64,000 nt of DNA from Neocallimastix sp. 'constans'. Lineage: Eukaryota. Within the stretch, counting starts at the first letter, position 1, and each line of letters starts with the position of its first letter. Position numbers and translations under genes: made by a program. The stretch covers positions 248,001-312,000 of the forward strand of contig JBODTK010000107.1 of the NCBI GenBank assembly GCA_050613775.1, in the 5' to 3' direction. Below are positions 1 through 13,830 of the stretch, piece after piece. The notes beneath the pieces were generated by a model. That model was given only the letters and a program-made list of their open reading frames with translations. It did no database searches and was not told the DNA's origin.

Positions 1-255
1 ATTGAAGTTATATTATAAGACTATGACCTTATTCCATTTTAGATATTCATTTTATATAACAATTGATTTAAACATTTGTTAACCTATCATATGGTATGTG
101 TTAAAATATACATAAACAAAAAATATCATAAAAGTTCAAATTAAATTATTTTTATAAAATTTATACGCATTAAATATATGAAAAATATTAAATATATATT
201 TGTTATGTAAGTAATTAAAAAAAAATCGTTTATATAAAAAAAATCATTAATTAAA

Positions 256-361
<106 letters not shown>

Positions 362-717
362 TTTAATATAAAAAATAAAAATATTTTTTATTATTATTTA
401 AATATGTATATATAATGTATAAATATATATATATATTTTTTTTAATATTTAAAATATATATATATATAATATATATTTAATTTTATTTTTTATTTACTAT
501 TTTTTATATAAATTTATTAATTTTTTTTATAAAATAATAAAATTGTAAAATTTTCATATATATATTTAATTTTATAAATATAGAATTATGATATAATGAA
601 GTTTAAAAATTGATTTAGAAATCATAAGAAAATATAAAATTAATTAAATAAAATGTCAAAAATTTAATACTGCTTATAGTTTACAATTTAATTATTTACA
701 TGTTACACTAAGAATAA

Positions 718-873
718 TTTTTTTTTTTTTTTTTTATAGACTGAAGACTTTGGTCTTCCCCATATAGTAATATGGGTGTATGATTAACTGCCATACCAGT
801 ACGGCGTCGGCGCTCTCAACTCCCCATAAGCAAAGAAACTCCATATAGAAGCACCCTACGCGATCCTCGAGGG
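718..873 (-). mobile_element. Short retroposed insertion (5'-truncated LINE 3' end or SINE-like) with poly(A) tail and 14-bp TSD
   Basis: TACACTAAGAATAA occurs at 704-717 and again at 874-887. It flanks a GC-rich 156-bp insert that starts with a T run (718-735, poly(A) on minus). Hairpins GAAGAC-tttg-GTCTTC and CCCATAT-agta-ATATGGG lie next to the tail. Confidence 0.9.
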
Positions 874-1143
874 TACACTAAGAATAAACATATAAATATA
901 TATATTTATTTAATAATTAAAATTCGTACTTCATTTATATTGATAATTAATATCATGTTTCATTTTTAATTTTCATTTATTAATTTATTATTAAATTAAA
1001 CTGAAAATAAGAAACTGAAAATAAGAACTATTCTATAATAAATATTATGATAGAATAAGATTTTAAAAATTGAAATGATATTAATAAAAATAATAACAAT
1101 AATAAAAAGGAATAGAATATAGGATACATAGGATACTATCACA

Positions 1144-1220
<77 letters not shown>

Positions 1221-1410
1221 TAAAATATAAATACTTATATAGTAGATAGGATGATAAATCATTTTTTTTTTTTTAGAGGGATAAATGGAATATTAGATAA
1301 CCGAATCCGAATAATAATTATGTTATAAAAAGGTGATTATATAACATTATACAGAAATTTTTAATTATAATTTTAATTTTAATTCTTATTTTTTTTTTTT
1401 TTTTTTTTTT

Positions 1411-2190
1411 TAATTTTTTTATTATTATTTCACATTTAACTAATAGTATTTATAAAATTAAATAGTAATATATTGTAAAGATTTATAGGTTTAATATAGA
1501 CATTTATTTTTATTTATATTTTTTATTTTAATTTTAATTTTAATTCTTTTTTTTCTAATAAATAATTTAGCTTTTGTTGACAATTTTTTTTTTAAATTTT
1601 ATTGTAATATTAATTTTAATTTTTTTTCTAAATAATTTAACTTTTATTGATAATTTTTTTTTTTTTTTTAATTTTTTTATTATTATTTCACATTAACTAA
1701 TAGTATTTATAAAATTAAATAGTAATATATTGTAAAGATTTATAGGTTTAATATAGACATTTATTTTTATTTATATTTTTTATTTTAATTTTAATTTTAA
1801 TTCTTTTTTTTCTAATAAATAATTTAGCTTTTGTTGATAATTTTTTTTTAAATTTATTGTAATATTAATTTTAATTTTTTTTCTAAATAATTTAACTTTT
1901 ATTGATAATTTTTTTTTTTTTTTTTTAATTTTTTTATTATTATTTCACATTAACTAATAGTATTTATAAAATTAAATAGTAATATATTGTAAAGATTTAT
2001 AGGTTTAATATAGACATTTGTTTTTATTTATATTTTTTATTTTAATTTTAATTTTAATTCTTTTTTTTCAAATAAATAATTTAGCTTTTGTTGATAATTT
2101 TTTTTTAAATTTTATTGTAATATTAATTTTAATTTTTTTTCTAAATAATTTAACTTTTATTGATAATTTTTTTTTTTTTTTTAATTTTTT
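1411..2190. repeat. Tandem triplication, 257-bp period, immediately downstream of the hydrolase stop codon
   Basis: AAAGATTTATAGGTTTAATATAGACAT recurs at 1477, 1734 and 1991. The units are nearly identical apart from homopolymer lengths. Confidence 0.9.
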
Positions 2191-2195
2191 AAATT

Positions 2196-3860
2196 TTATA
2201 TACTAAGATTTTTTGGAATAAAATTTTTTGCCTTTAACCAAGAGAGGCATTGACGACTCCAGGTTTCGGTTGTAGTTTCACCTGTTTCTTGCATTAAAGT
2301 GTAAGGTCCACTACCATCTCCAAACAAGTGTAATTCAGCATTGGCACCGGCCTTCTTCCATTCCATGAATAAGGCGACGAGACCGGCAGCAACATTAGGA
2401 TGTTCAACACGAGACATAATCAATAATGGTGGAGCATTGGCTGGTACAGTGACTGGCATTAAAGAGGGTCCAAAGTTTGTAATAATGAAGTTAGGACGTT
2501 CTGAATCATCGGATGCAGTCATAGAAGCTTGAATGGCGACACCACCACCAGCAGAGAAACCAAGATAACCAATCTTTTTGGAATCAATATTCCATTCATT
2601 AGCATGCTCTCTAATCATACGAAGAGCTGCTCTACCATCCTTGCCAGCCATTTCAATCACGGCATCACCATGTTCATCATGTAATGGATTTGCATCAGCT
2701 TTAGGGAAATTGTCAGGATGAGTAACATCTACCGTTGGGGGCATTTGTCCTTGAGCTCCGGCCTTATTTAAATGATAACGTAATCCAATGGCAGCAATAC
2801 CATGGGCATTTAAAAAGGATGCCATCTCTTTGACATCACTATCCCATGAAAGTACTCTCATACCACCTCCTGGACATAATACTACAGCACAGCCATTGGC
2901 AATATCTTTATTGGGAAGATAAACTTCGATGGCTGGCTTATCCATATCACTAAGTTGTTGACTATCGCTAGAAGGAAGAAAAAATTGCATTGGTGTTGAT
3001 TGTACTGGTTGTGAATTTTGTGTTGGTTGAGTTGGTTTAATAGTTTGTGTTGGTTTTTCAGGTTGCTGAATTACTTCTTTTGGTTTTTTCTCTATACCAC
3101 ACCATTGTTCATTTTCAACACCCCATTCAAAACCATCGTCATCTGTAAAAACAACCGTATTACCATCACAACATGGATAATCTAATTTATTTAATTTCAT
3201 AATAATATATTAAAACGTTAATATAATTTTCACAAAAAAAAATTTTTTTCAAAAATTATAATTTATATACCTGGAAGAGACCAGCACGAAGATTCAGTAC
3301 ACTTTTCTTCATTTATACCACACCAATTATCATTTTCAATACCCCATTTTCCTTTTTCTTTTTTTTTTTTTTTTAAATTTATTAGTATATAAAAATATTA
3401 TTAACATTTTATATTAAAATTATTATTTTTTAAAAGTATTTTTTATATTATCACTCCTCATATATATTATTTAATATTTTAATTATATATAATTTTTACT
3501 ATTTTTTATTTTCTAATATTTTTATTTATATTTTCTATTTTTTTTTTTTTTTTATAATTTAATATTTGTCATTATATTTACATTTATTACTTTTATATTT
3601 ATATTTTTTTTATTACATTACATTTTATTAATTTATTTATATTTATTTTTTTTATTTTGTTTTTTAAATATTAATTAAAAAAAAAAAAGTATGAATTAGT
3701 ACAATAAGTAAAAAACTTAATTATACATACCATCTGTAGTAGTAGGACTACAAGTATCTTCACAACATGGATAACCATAACTAGTTGACCAACAAGTATT
3801 AGCTGATTTAGTAAAGCCAACTAAACCTGACACAAAAGCAATAATTAAAAACTTTTTCAT
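2196..3860 (-). CDS. Secreted cellulosomal alpha/beta-hydrolase (esterase-like): signal peptide, two fungal dockerin (CBM10-like) domains, Pro/Gln/Thr linker, hydrolase domain; ~400 aa
   Basis: Exons complement(3731-3860, 3271-3357, 2196-3181) join in frame with GT-AG introns. Signal peptide [19 protein letters not shown]. Dockerins [11 protein letters not shown]...[12 protein letters not shown] and CWSLPDYPCC...[12 protein letters not shown]. Hydrolase motifs CPGGG (oxyanion) and GFSAGG (nucleophile elbow). Confidence 0.9.
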
Positions 3861-4468
3861 TTTGATAATTTAATTCTTTATTTATTTATTTATTTTTTAT
3901 TTTTTTTTTTTTTTTTATTATTATTATCACTATTTTATTAAAGAGAATTTTTTATTATTATTGTAATTTAAGATATTTTTTCTTAAATTATATTTTATTT
4001 TTAAAATGAATTTATTTTTATTAATAATTAGGGAAATTTGGTAACTTTTATATTATTCTCCTTTTCTTTTTCAATATTAAAATGCTTTTAACCCAATTAC
4101 AATTATAATATTTTTGTATCTTTTTTTTTATAAAAATAAATTTGATTTTTATCCTTAATAATTTACATAATAATTAATCTTTTTTTGATTTTCAAGGAAA
4201 AACAAATTATTAATATAAATTAATAAACTTTAATTATTATTATTTTTGATTATTATTTAAAATATTTATAAACAAATAATAATAAAGTTTTTAAAAAGAT
4301 TATATGATATATTTAATATTATTAAGCAAGGTTTCACAAACTTCAATTATAGGTTAATATCATTTTATTCATTTTTCAAATGATATGGATACATAAATCA
4401 TGTGATAATATTATTGATAGGTGAAAATTTATGTAAATGTGTATGTAATCATAAATTTATTTACTTAC

Positions 4469-4607
4469 TGTTACATTAAAAGAATTTAGGAATTTAATAA
4501 ATAGAAAAAGAGGCTTTAAATATTGATATAAAACAAATGTTACATTAAAAGAATTTAGGAATTTAATAAATAGAAAAAGAGGCTTTAAATATTGATATAA
4601 AACAAAT
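4469..4607. repeat. 69-bp direct tandem duplication
   Basis: TGTTACATTAAAAGAATTTAGG...GATATAAAACAAA starts at 4469 and 4538. Confidence 0.85.
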
Positions 4608-5490
4608 ATGTGTAGTAACATATTTGTATATTTAATAATAATTATTAAATATTAAATTTATATCTTTTTGATAATAATTATTTTATTTTATTTTATTTCA
4701 ATATGTATTATTATAATTATAATAATTATAATACTTTATTTCATATAAAATTTATATAGTTCTATATATTAGAATATATAATTAATATATTACCTATTTC
4801 TTATAAATTAAATTATTTATATTAGAAATAGAGGACTCGCTTGTAAACTTTTAGGAATTAGAATTATTATTTCAATGGTACGAATTTATAATTTTATTAA
4901 TAAAATTTACTAAACTACCATTATTTAAAACCCACTGCTTATAAATTATTGCACATAAAAGTCCCGCATATCAATATTATGGTCATGTGTATAAACATAA
5001 ATTCTATAAAAAAATATTATAAATTTTATTGTTTGTTTTTTACCTAATAAAATTAAAAAAAAAAAAAAACTTTTTTTAATGGATGCAAGTATTAAAAAAG
5101 TATTTAAAAAAGAGATCTTTTTTGAATGAAATTTTAATTTAAAAAAATATATATAGTATTTTATAACAAAGATAAAATATATAAGAAATAAAATAAAATA
5201 ACAATAACACAAAAAAAAGAAAAAAAATAACAAGAATAAAGTAAATAAAAATGGAAATAAAATGAGAAATAAAAAAGTAAATAAATTAAAAAAATTTTAT
5301 ATAAACGAAAAGAAATGAAATAAATGATATAAAAACAAAATAAATAAAGAGATGAAATAAAAAAAAAAAAATGAAAATATATTATATATATATTAATATA
5401 ATTAAAGATTAATAAAATAAAAATTTTTATTTATGATATTTGAAATAAAATTGTATTCAAATAATATTTATATTATAAAGAATATATATA

Positions 5491-5524
<34 letters not shown>

Positions 5525-6240
5525 AATACATTAATTTACAAATTTTTTTTTTTTAACCTGTATTTCTTCTTTAAATAAAAAGGAAGATATCAAGTTTTAT
5601 TTATATAAATTGTTTTTATTAATAAAAGTAACATAGATAAGAGAAAATATAATAAACAATAATAAATTTAGAGATATTTAAAATAGAAAATAAAATTATT
5701 ATATAAAAAATGCAAAAAATAATAAATTTGAAAAACATTCTAAAGTTTTTAGTCTTAAAATACAAAATAATAAGAATAAGAAGTATAAGAATAAGAATAA
5801 GAATAATAATTAATAGTATAGTGTATTATTAACTGGATTTGCTTTTATATACTTACTAAAAATATACAAAATAAATGTATATATTAAAAAAAAAAAAAAA
5901 AAAAGGAAATTGAAGATTGATTATAAAAATGAATATCTTTACAATAAAAATGGTTATATAAAATCAAGTTCAATTAATTATTATTTTTATTTCATTTATT
6001 TTTTCCTAATTTTTTTATTACTAGTATTACGTAAATTGTATATGGTTTTTTGTTATATATAGTAGATTTGAGGAAACTTATTTTTATTTTTGATTTATTA
6101 TTACTTATCGTTAATGAATACAAATGTATAAATATAACCATCATCATTTTGATATTTAAATTATAAATACTTTTTAATTTAAAGTAAAAAAATAAAAATA
6201 ATATTAACATATATATCATGTAATATGATGTTTTTTTACT

Positions 6241-6304
6241 TAGTTATTTCAGGAAATGATAATGATAAAATGTAGTTATTTCAGGAAATGATAATGATAA
6301 AATG
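6241..6304. repeat. ~32-bp direct tandem duplication
   Basis: TAGTTATTTCAGGAAATGATAATGATAAAATG occurs twice, the second copy with an extra T in the T run. Confidence 0.8.
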
Positions 6305-7061
6305 TGAAAATGATGATGATGAAATGTGCAAAATATGATGTATATGATGTATTTTTTCTCTTTGTCATGTTATATTCATCGCTTGTTCATTCGTTCTGCA
6401 TGTATTAATATCGCCATATATAAATACGTAAATCGCATATAGCATATGTGCATATATATACAATTGCAATATAACTAAAAATAATATTAACAGAAATAGT
6501 AATAATTATTATAATAATTAAGTGTAAAAATTCGACATTTATATTAACCACAACAAGGTGATATATATATATATTTTTTTATATAAAATCTTAAATAATA
6601 CATTTAAAATAGGTAATTTAAATATATGAAATGAACAAAGTAGATTCTAATAAACAACATTAATAAATTTTTCTTTGGATATGTAAAATTATTCTTTAAA
6701 ATTTCTAAAAAAAAAAAAAAAAAAAAAAATTAAATTAAATGAAATTTAATATATTTATTTATAAATAATAAACAAATATAATCACTACTAATAATTATTG
6801 TATTAATATTCATTTTATGTAAGTATTTTATATATAAATATTTGTTATTAATAATGAATTTCAACTATTATCAATACATTTAAAAAATTATGAATAATCA
6901 TATAATATATATTTAAATAATTCTGTAAATTATAGAATGTTATTTATAAAAATAAAAATAAAAAAAATAAATAAATAAATATAAAAATAAATAAATAAAA
7001 ATATATATTATTAATTTTGTCTAAATTTAGTAAAATTGTATATTTAATTAAAATTAAAATT

Positions 7062-7098
<37 letters not shown>

Positions 7099-7641
7099 TT
7101 TTCGAGGTTTATATTTTTTATACTTTAAAATTTATATATCAAAAAGTATCAATGAAATTATTATTACAAATGTAATAAACCTTTAAAATATATGAAAAAT
7201 GACATCAATTATTATTATTAATTATTTATTTATACTAAAGTATATTATTTTTTCTTTTTATTGTTTTTATTATTATTATTATTATTATTTTATTACTATT
7301 TTCCTTTTTGTTGTATATATCATTATTATTATCATTATTTATTTAATATTTAATATCTTTTAAAATTATTTTATTATTTTTATTACTACAAATTTAATAA
7401 TATATGGCCTGACTAGTTTATTATTGATTATATTTAATGATTATGATTGAATTATATTATTTTATAATTATAAATAATTATTTTATTTAGTATCATTTTA
7501 TTATAATGAGTAAAATTGAAATAAAAGGCTTTCAATTTCAATTTTTATTCTTCTTTTAATATTATTATTTTTATTATATTTATTTTATTATATTATAGCA
7601 TAATAAAAGCTATAAAAAATTTTTGTACTACATTTTCTTAT

Positions 7642-7677
<36 letters not shown>

Positions 7678-8898
7678 GATATATTTTTTTTTATTACAAT
7701 GATTATTTGATAATATTTATTATCAACTAATAATTGATAATAAATAGTAATTAATTGTTAATAATTAATGATTTAATTTAAACTGTGATATAAATATTAA
7801 TAAATAAATATTAAATATATTTATTAATGGTAATGATTTACCTTAATATCAATAATATATTCGTTTGATGTTATTAAACAATAAAAGGAAATAATAATAA
7901 TATTATTATTATATATTTTTATAAAAAATCCTAAGATTATATTTATTTAATTATATATTTTAAGTATTTACTATTTAAATTATTTTTATTTTATTTATTC
8001 CAGTTGATAGATATTGTATCATCATTTTAAAATGCATTGAAGTAAATATATATTCACTTTAATTAATTTTTCAAAATAATAAATTAAAAAGAACAATATA
8101 TTATATTATAGTTGAATATATAGTAAACCCATAATTTAATTAATTTTTCTTGTTTTTAAAGTTTAATAATACTTATATTTAAAAAAAAAAAAAATTTTAA
8201 TGTTAATTTTAATTAAATAATATTTAAAAATTTAATTATATGTTATCTTTTTTCCTTCATTAATTTTTATACTTTCTCAAAAAAAAAAAAAAAAATTAAT
8301 TATTGGAAATAATTAAAATTATACTTTAATGTAACATATTTTATTAATTTTTTATTTTATTACTCATAAGCTATTATTTATTAAATAAAAAAAAAAAAAA
8401 AAAAAAAAAAAAATAGGTAGAAAAGAAAGTTTTAAAATTAAATAAAGTATTTTTTTCTACTAAAAAAAAAAAAAAAAAAAAAGATAATTATAATTATTAA
8501 TGAATATTATAATTATAGAAAAAAAAAATAATGTTTAATAAATAAAAATATATTTAATAATATGAAATATAAAATAACTATATTGTAAAATATTTCAATA
8601 ATGTTTTAAATTATTTTTTCTAAAAGAGAAAATAAAAAAAAAAAAAAAGTTTATTTTTTGAACTATTAAACTATAATTTATTATTAAATTATTGTAATAT
8701 GAACTAAAGAGTTTCCTTCTATTTGCTTAATTATAATATTTTAGTGGTAAGTCATTTTCTTATTATTATAAATGAATTTTCTAAATAATGACTAATAAAT
8801 TTTAAATAGAATTCTATTTGTATAGAATTTTTTTCTTTCAATAATTATTTTTTTTTCTTTAAAATATTTTACTAATACTCTTTTTTTTAAAACTTTAT

Positions 8899-8934
<36 letters not shown>

Positions 8935-9602
8935 CCATTATTATCATTATTATTATAATTTTCATTATTATTGTTATTATTATTATTATTATTATTATAT
9001 TTTTATAAAATTTGAATTTTGCAATTTATTAATCTAAAAAGGTTTAAAAAATAAATCCATAAAAGTAAAAAATACAAAATTATTAATTATCAAATCTTTT
9101 AAATTTTTTCTGTCTTTCAGAATCTTATTATTTATAAATAGAATTAACCAACATAGGAAATCTGGATTTCAAATAAATAAAATAAAATTTCATAATATAA
9201 TAAAATATATTAAAAAGTTTAAAGTATTCTTTTTAATATAATTTTGTGAATAATAATAAATATATTGTACTTCAACAGTTTTACTTTTTTTTTTTTTAAA
9301 AAAAAAAAAAAAATACACATATATACATATATATATGTATATACTATATTTTTTCTTTTTTTAAAAAAATTCTAAGTTTTCTAATTCTAACAATAGCTAT
9401 AAATAGTTTATTTAATTGATTGTATATACATATTTATAATTAATTATATAATTATAATACATTTATGTATATTATGTATATTAAAGTATTTACTTTTTTT
9501 TCTAATATTATTTAATAAAAGTAATTAAATTATATGTTATAAAAATAATAGTATAATAAAGTTAAAATAATATAAAATTTAATAAAAGTAATCCAGTAAA
9601 AA

Positions 9603-12600
9603 ATGAGTAATTCAGAATCATTGAATGATTTATTATATAAAGAATGTTTAGAATTATCAAATATTATTTCAAGAGAAATAAAGGATATAATCAATCAGGT
9701 AAGAAACCCAAACTTATATCAAATTAATAAAAATATACGCAAAATCGAAAATGTAGACTCAATAAGAAATGACAAAGATAAAAATCATAAAAATTCATTA
9801 GCCACCAAAGAATACAAAATTTTCAAAAAGGAACAGAATATTTCATCTGATGATGTTAATAAAGTAATTAAAAAATATAATGATTCTAATCAAAATAATA
9901 CCGATTATGACACTAAAATTACAAACAAAAGGTATGGAATATATAATGCTGACAATAAATCAAAATTAGACTATACATCAAGTCCATGTGTAAATCCAAT
10001 TCTTCCTTATCCTACCACTGATAGTAATGCCAATAATAATAATTCAAAAAATTCAAGTATTTCTAGTGATGATGGAGCAATTAATGAAAGTAATACGGAA
10101 TATCATTACATTGAAGATGTTGATATTGCTGAAAAGGAGATAAAGAATGAACCTATTACTGATAGTGATAGTTTACCTCCAAAACTTCCAGATGATTATT
10201 CATCATCTTTATCATCTGCTTCTACAATGTCATTAACTTTTTCTGTTTCTTCTTCCGGTTTATCCTATAGTTCCAAGTATAATAATCATCGAAAAAGAAT
10301 TAATAAATATTCAAGTAGTAAAAAAATTTTATCTTCTCCCAATTCACCAGAAACTTCATTTATAATTAGAACAAATTCTGATTATCTCTTAAAAAATACT
10401 GAAAATAATATGTTAGGTAGTATTAATGAAAATGAAATTAAAAAAGAATTTTCAAAAAGTCAAAGTAATAATAACCTTAAAAAAAATTTTATTACCATCA
10501 GTCCAATTGAAAAGATAGATAAAAATTTTAAAAGTCGTGATATAAATGATCAAATAATTAATCATGCAATTGAAAAACTTGAAAACTCCTTTCATGAAAT
10601 TAATTCCAATTCCAATACTGAAAATCATAGAAATAATTTTATAAATAGTTCTATGGTGTCAAAAAGTATAAATCAGAGATCATTAGATAGTTTGGAATCC
10701 TCAAATAAGCATGAAATTGGAACTGAAAAAGAACGAAATAATATGAAAGAAAATAGAATTGAGTACTCAATTAATAAATGCATAACTGAAAATACAAATG
10801 AAAGTGTTGAAGAAGTTTCCATTAAAAATAATAACGAAAAGCAAAACAAAAATGATAATGAAGTTGAAGATAAAAATGTCAATGAAAATGAATATAAGGA
10901 TAGAACAATTGAAAATTTATTGGAATATCATAAAAATAAAACTGTCATTAAAAATAGAATTAAAAATAATGATTATGGAAGTAATGACGAAAATAAAAAT
11001 AAAAATAAAAATAAAGAAAAAAAGAAGATTAAAAATAAAACTGAAGCTAAAAATGAAGATAAAAATGAAAATGAAAATATGAATAAAAATAAAAGTGCAA
11101 ATAAAGATAAAAATAAAAAAGAATTTTTATCTAGTGATAGTGATAATCAAAATGGAAACTTAAAATTAATTAAAAATAAATATAATGGTGATTTTACATC
11201 AAAAATAATTAATAATAATGATGATAATAATCAGAAAGATGCTAACATAGCTGATAAAATTATAGTATATGGAAAGCAGAAATTATATAAAGATTATAAT
11301 AACAATATTAATTTGATTGAAAGAGAAAATTATATTAATGAAGGTAAGAATAAATGTAGTAGCGATAATGAAAAAGAAATTAATCTTAAAATTGATAATA
11401 AATCTGATAATAATGATAATATTAAATCAAAAGATATGATTTCAACCAAAATATTTGATATGGATGAAAAAATACCAGTAGAAGAAATCAAATTATCAGA
11501 AAATAATAAAGATAATAATTATGATCAAAGAAGTATTAATTCTAATAGTACTAATAGTTCTTACAGTACATATGAAATTGATGATATCAAAGAAATTAAG
11601 GATAATAATGAAAATAACAGTAAAACTAGAGATCCAACGAATATTCCAATTTCATATGAAAGTAAAATTCCAACAACACCTTTGTTAAGAGCAATTCCTT
11701 CACCATCACTCATACCAAAATTATCTAATTCACCTTCACTTTATGGTAACTCAAGTAAAACTTCAATTTCAAATTTCTCGTTACATTCTAGAAGACCATC
11801 CTCTTCTCTTTCTATTCATTCTAATACTAATTCACCATCCTTATTACCAGTATACGTTTCAACTCAAAAATTAAATCATAAAGTTTCAAATTCATCAAAT
11901 AGAACCTATAATAGTTCTTTATCTATTGATTCATCTCCAAAAATCACTGCAAATAAAAAACTTCATTGTGTGTCTGTAGATTCTATTCCATCACCAAAAA
12001 TTCATCCGCCATCCAATAATAGTAAATTATGTCGTTTATCTGTAAGTTCTATTCCTTCCCCAAAAATTACGCCATCATTGAGTAATAGTAAACTTCATCG
12101 TTTATCAGTTGACTCTATTCCATCACCAAAATCTACTCCATCGTCAAATAATAGTAAACTTCATCGTTTATCAGTTGAGTCTATTCCGTCACCAAAAACT
12201 ACTACATCATCAAATAAAAATAAACTTCATCGTATGTCTGTTGATTCTATATTAACTATGTCAAGATATTCACCAGCTAAAATGGTTGCAAAATATCCAC
12301 CACCTGCACCTTCTAGCTATGTCTCTTGTCGTCATACAAGGTATCAATCTATGAATGAAAATGATTTAAATTCATTTAATCAAAATGCTTTATTTGAAAA
12401 TAATGAAAAAGGAAATGGTTGTGATTCTCCTCAAATTTCAAATCAAAAATTTTCATTTAGTAATTCAATGATTCCATTATCACCACGAATCTTAAGTAAG
12501 CGTCATTCCAGAACATTATCAAATTCCTCTAATTCTTCTATTGCTTCACTTCCACTTCCTCCTTCATCTCTTCCAATTGAACCTCCAAAAAAATCTAATA

Positions 12601-13637
12601 TCATCATTAATCATAATCGAAAAAATTCAACCTCTTCAATCCCTATTCCATCACCTAAATTAACATGTGTTTCCTCAAACGCATCCTCTCCATCGCAGTT
12701 TTGCAGTAATAATTCGGTATCCTCTTCTCCAAAATTATCTTATTCATTATCAAAAACAAGGTAAATATTAAAATAAAACCATAGCATTATAAAATAAAAT
12801 AAATTTATATATATATACATATATATTAAAAAAAAAAAAAAAAAGCAAATGAACAAACAAACAAACAAAAATTTCTCTCAAATTATATTAAATTAAGTTA
12901 AACAAATAATTTATTATAATAATTTATATTTATATATGATCATTATAGATTTTATAATAATAAAAATTATTCAACTACGGATATTTCTGATTCAAATAGT
13001 AGAATTAAATCATACTCCTTTACAAACAATACAAATAATTATAAAACCAATTCAGTTACCTATGAGGTAATTTAATACAATAAAATTATTTTTAGATTGG
13101 TTGATAAAATTTAACTAATATTTAATGGTAATAATAATATTAATATTAATAAATAGGATCAATTTAATGCAAGTACATTACTTCAATATAAAGATGAAAT
13201 TTCAAAAAAGGTAATATATTTCTTCTTTTTTTATTTTTAATATATTATAAACATTTATTAAATAAATTAAGAAAAAAATAATAAAATATTAACATATATA
13301 TAAAATATATTTTTTATTTTTCTATTCATAATAGAATTATCATCATGCACCATCAATATCAAGTATTAGTTCCTTTGGTTCTAAAAAAAACTTAGATGTT
13401 GATGAATTGGTACTTTTTTAGTTTTTTTTCTTCTGTTTTTTTTTCTTATAAATTTCTATTTGATATAATAATAAAAATATTAACAATAATAAAAAAAATT
13501 ATATTTTATAATAATTATAAATTTAGTTGAAAAAATACGAAAAAAAAAAAATACGTGAAAAAGAAAAGGTAAATAATTATTAAATGATATTAAATAAAAT
13601 AAGAATAATTTTTAATAATATTTATTGTATATATTAC

Positions 13638-13729
<92 letters not shown>

Positions 13730-13732
13730 TTA

Positions 13733-13830
<98 letters not shown>

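Noticed and set aside
4270..4990. Possible decayed DNA-transposon coding remnant
   Set aside because: Slightly more complex sequence, but no motif I can assign with confidence.
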